DNA from: the human T2T-CHM13v2.0 reference genome, Homo sapiens
Reading direction: 5' to 3' (one strand)
Assembly: GCF_009914755.1 (NCBI RefSeq)
Contig: NC_060931.1
DNA length: 64,000 bases
Positions 63,503 to 64,000 of this stretch are shown piece by piece (position 1 is the stretch's first letter; every line of letters starts with the position of its first letter). A program made the translations under genes and the position numbers. Under the pieces are notes generated by a model. That model ran no database searches, had not been told where the DNA came from, and was given only the letters and a program-made list of their open reading frames with translations.

Positions 63503-64000
63503 TGCTGTTGACTGCTAGTTGGCCAACCCAAGGCAGGTATTCACCCAAGGCCAAATTCAGGTCTCTAAATAGTCCACGTTCTGCAGGGGTTCAATTCAAT
63601 CCAAATATTCTTTCCTTAGCACACAGTGTGTACTCATGCCCCATTCTTGAGCCTGTATGGGAAACAAGAAAAGACTGATAGGTGCTATTGTAGATGTAGA
63701 AAATGCACAAGACATGATGATGCTTGCTCTTAGAAGTTAAATTTATTTCACAAACGGGGGAGGTGGGAGAAAGCGATTATCCAATGTAAAACAATAGTGA
63801 CAAATACATGCTAATATATTAGGTAAGTCACTTTATCTCTTGGGGTCTCAATTTCCTTATCTGCAAAATGGAAAGTATTAACTAAATGATTTAAAGGTGA
63901 CATTCTAATTCCATGATAGTGATGAGATTTAACTATAAAAAGATCTGAAATAAAATTAATTCACATATGTCCGTAGAAGGCTAAAGGTGGAGAAGCAGCC

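Overview
Human (AluYb8 present) genomic DNA from the COPG2/TSGA13 region. By recall this is the MEST-COPG2-TSGA13-KLF14 imprinted cluster at 7q32. Two spliced genes lie head-to-tail on the minus strand. TSGA13 is complete: 7 coding exons from 63502 to 47316 splice to 828 nt, i.e. 275 aa + stop. Immediately downstream is the 5' part of COPG2: coding exons 1-5 from 46970 to 31161, encoding MIKKFDKKDEESG...VIIVTS; the next exon was not found in the window. The last exon and 3'UTR of TSGA13 run into the COPG2 CpG-island promoter. Positions 1-31160 are COPG2 intron, dense with repeats: a full-length decayed L1PA, an Hsmar2 mariner carrying a GATC processed pseudogene, a THE1D LTR and Alus, an MLT1D provirus, ERVL remnants and a young AluYb8. 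Most listed ORFs are Alu, L1 or GC-rich artefacts. The most notable observations are (i) the TSGA13 penultimate coding exon is phase-compatible with COPG2 exon 2, so a read-through would give an in-frame fusion, and COPG2 codons 2-3 form a possible TSGA13 poly(A) hexamer; (ii) a degenerate tandem copy of a TSGA13 exon sits in the preceding intron; (iii) a template-switch palindrome lies in the GATC retrocopy; (iv) a serially templated micro-insertion lies at about 20.4 kb. Repeat subfamily names come from recalled consensus sequences and repeat boundaries are approximate.
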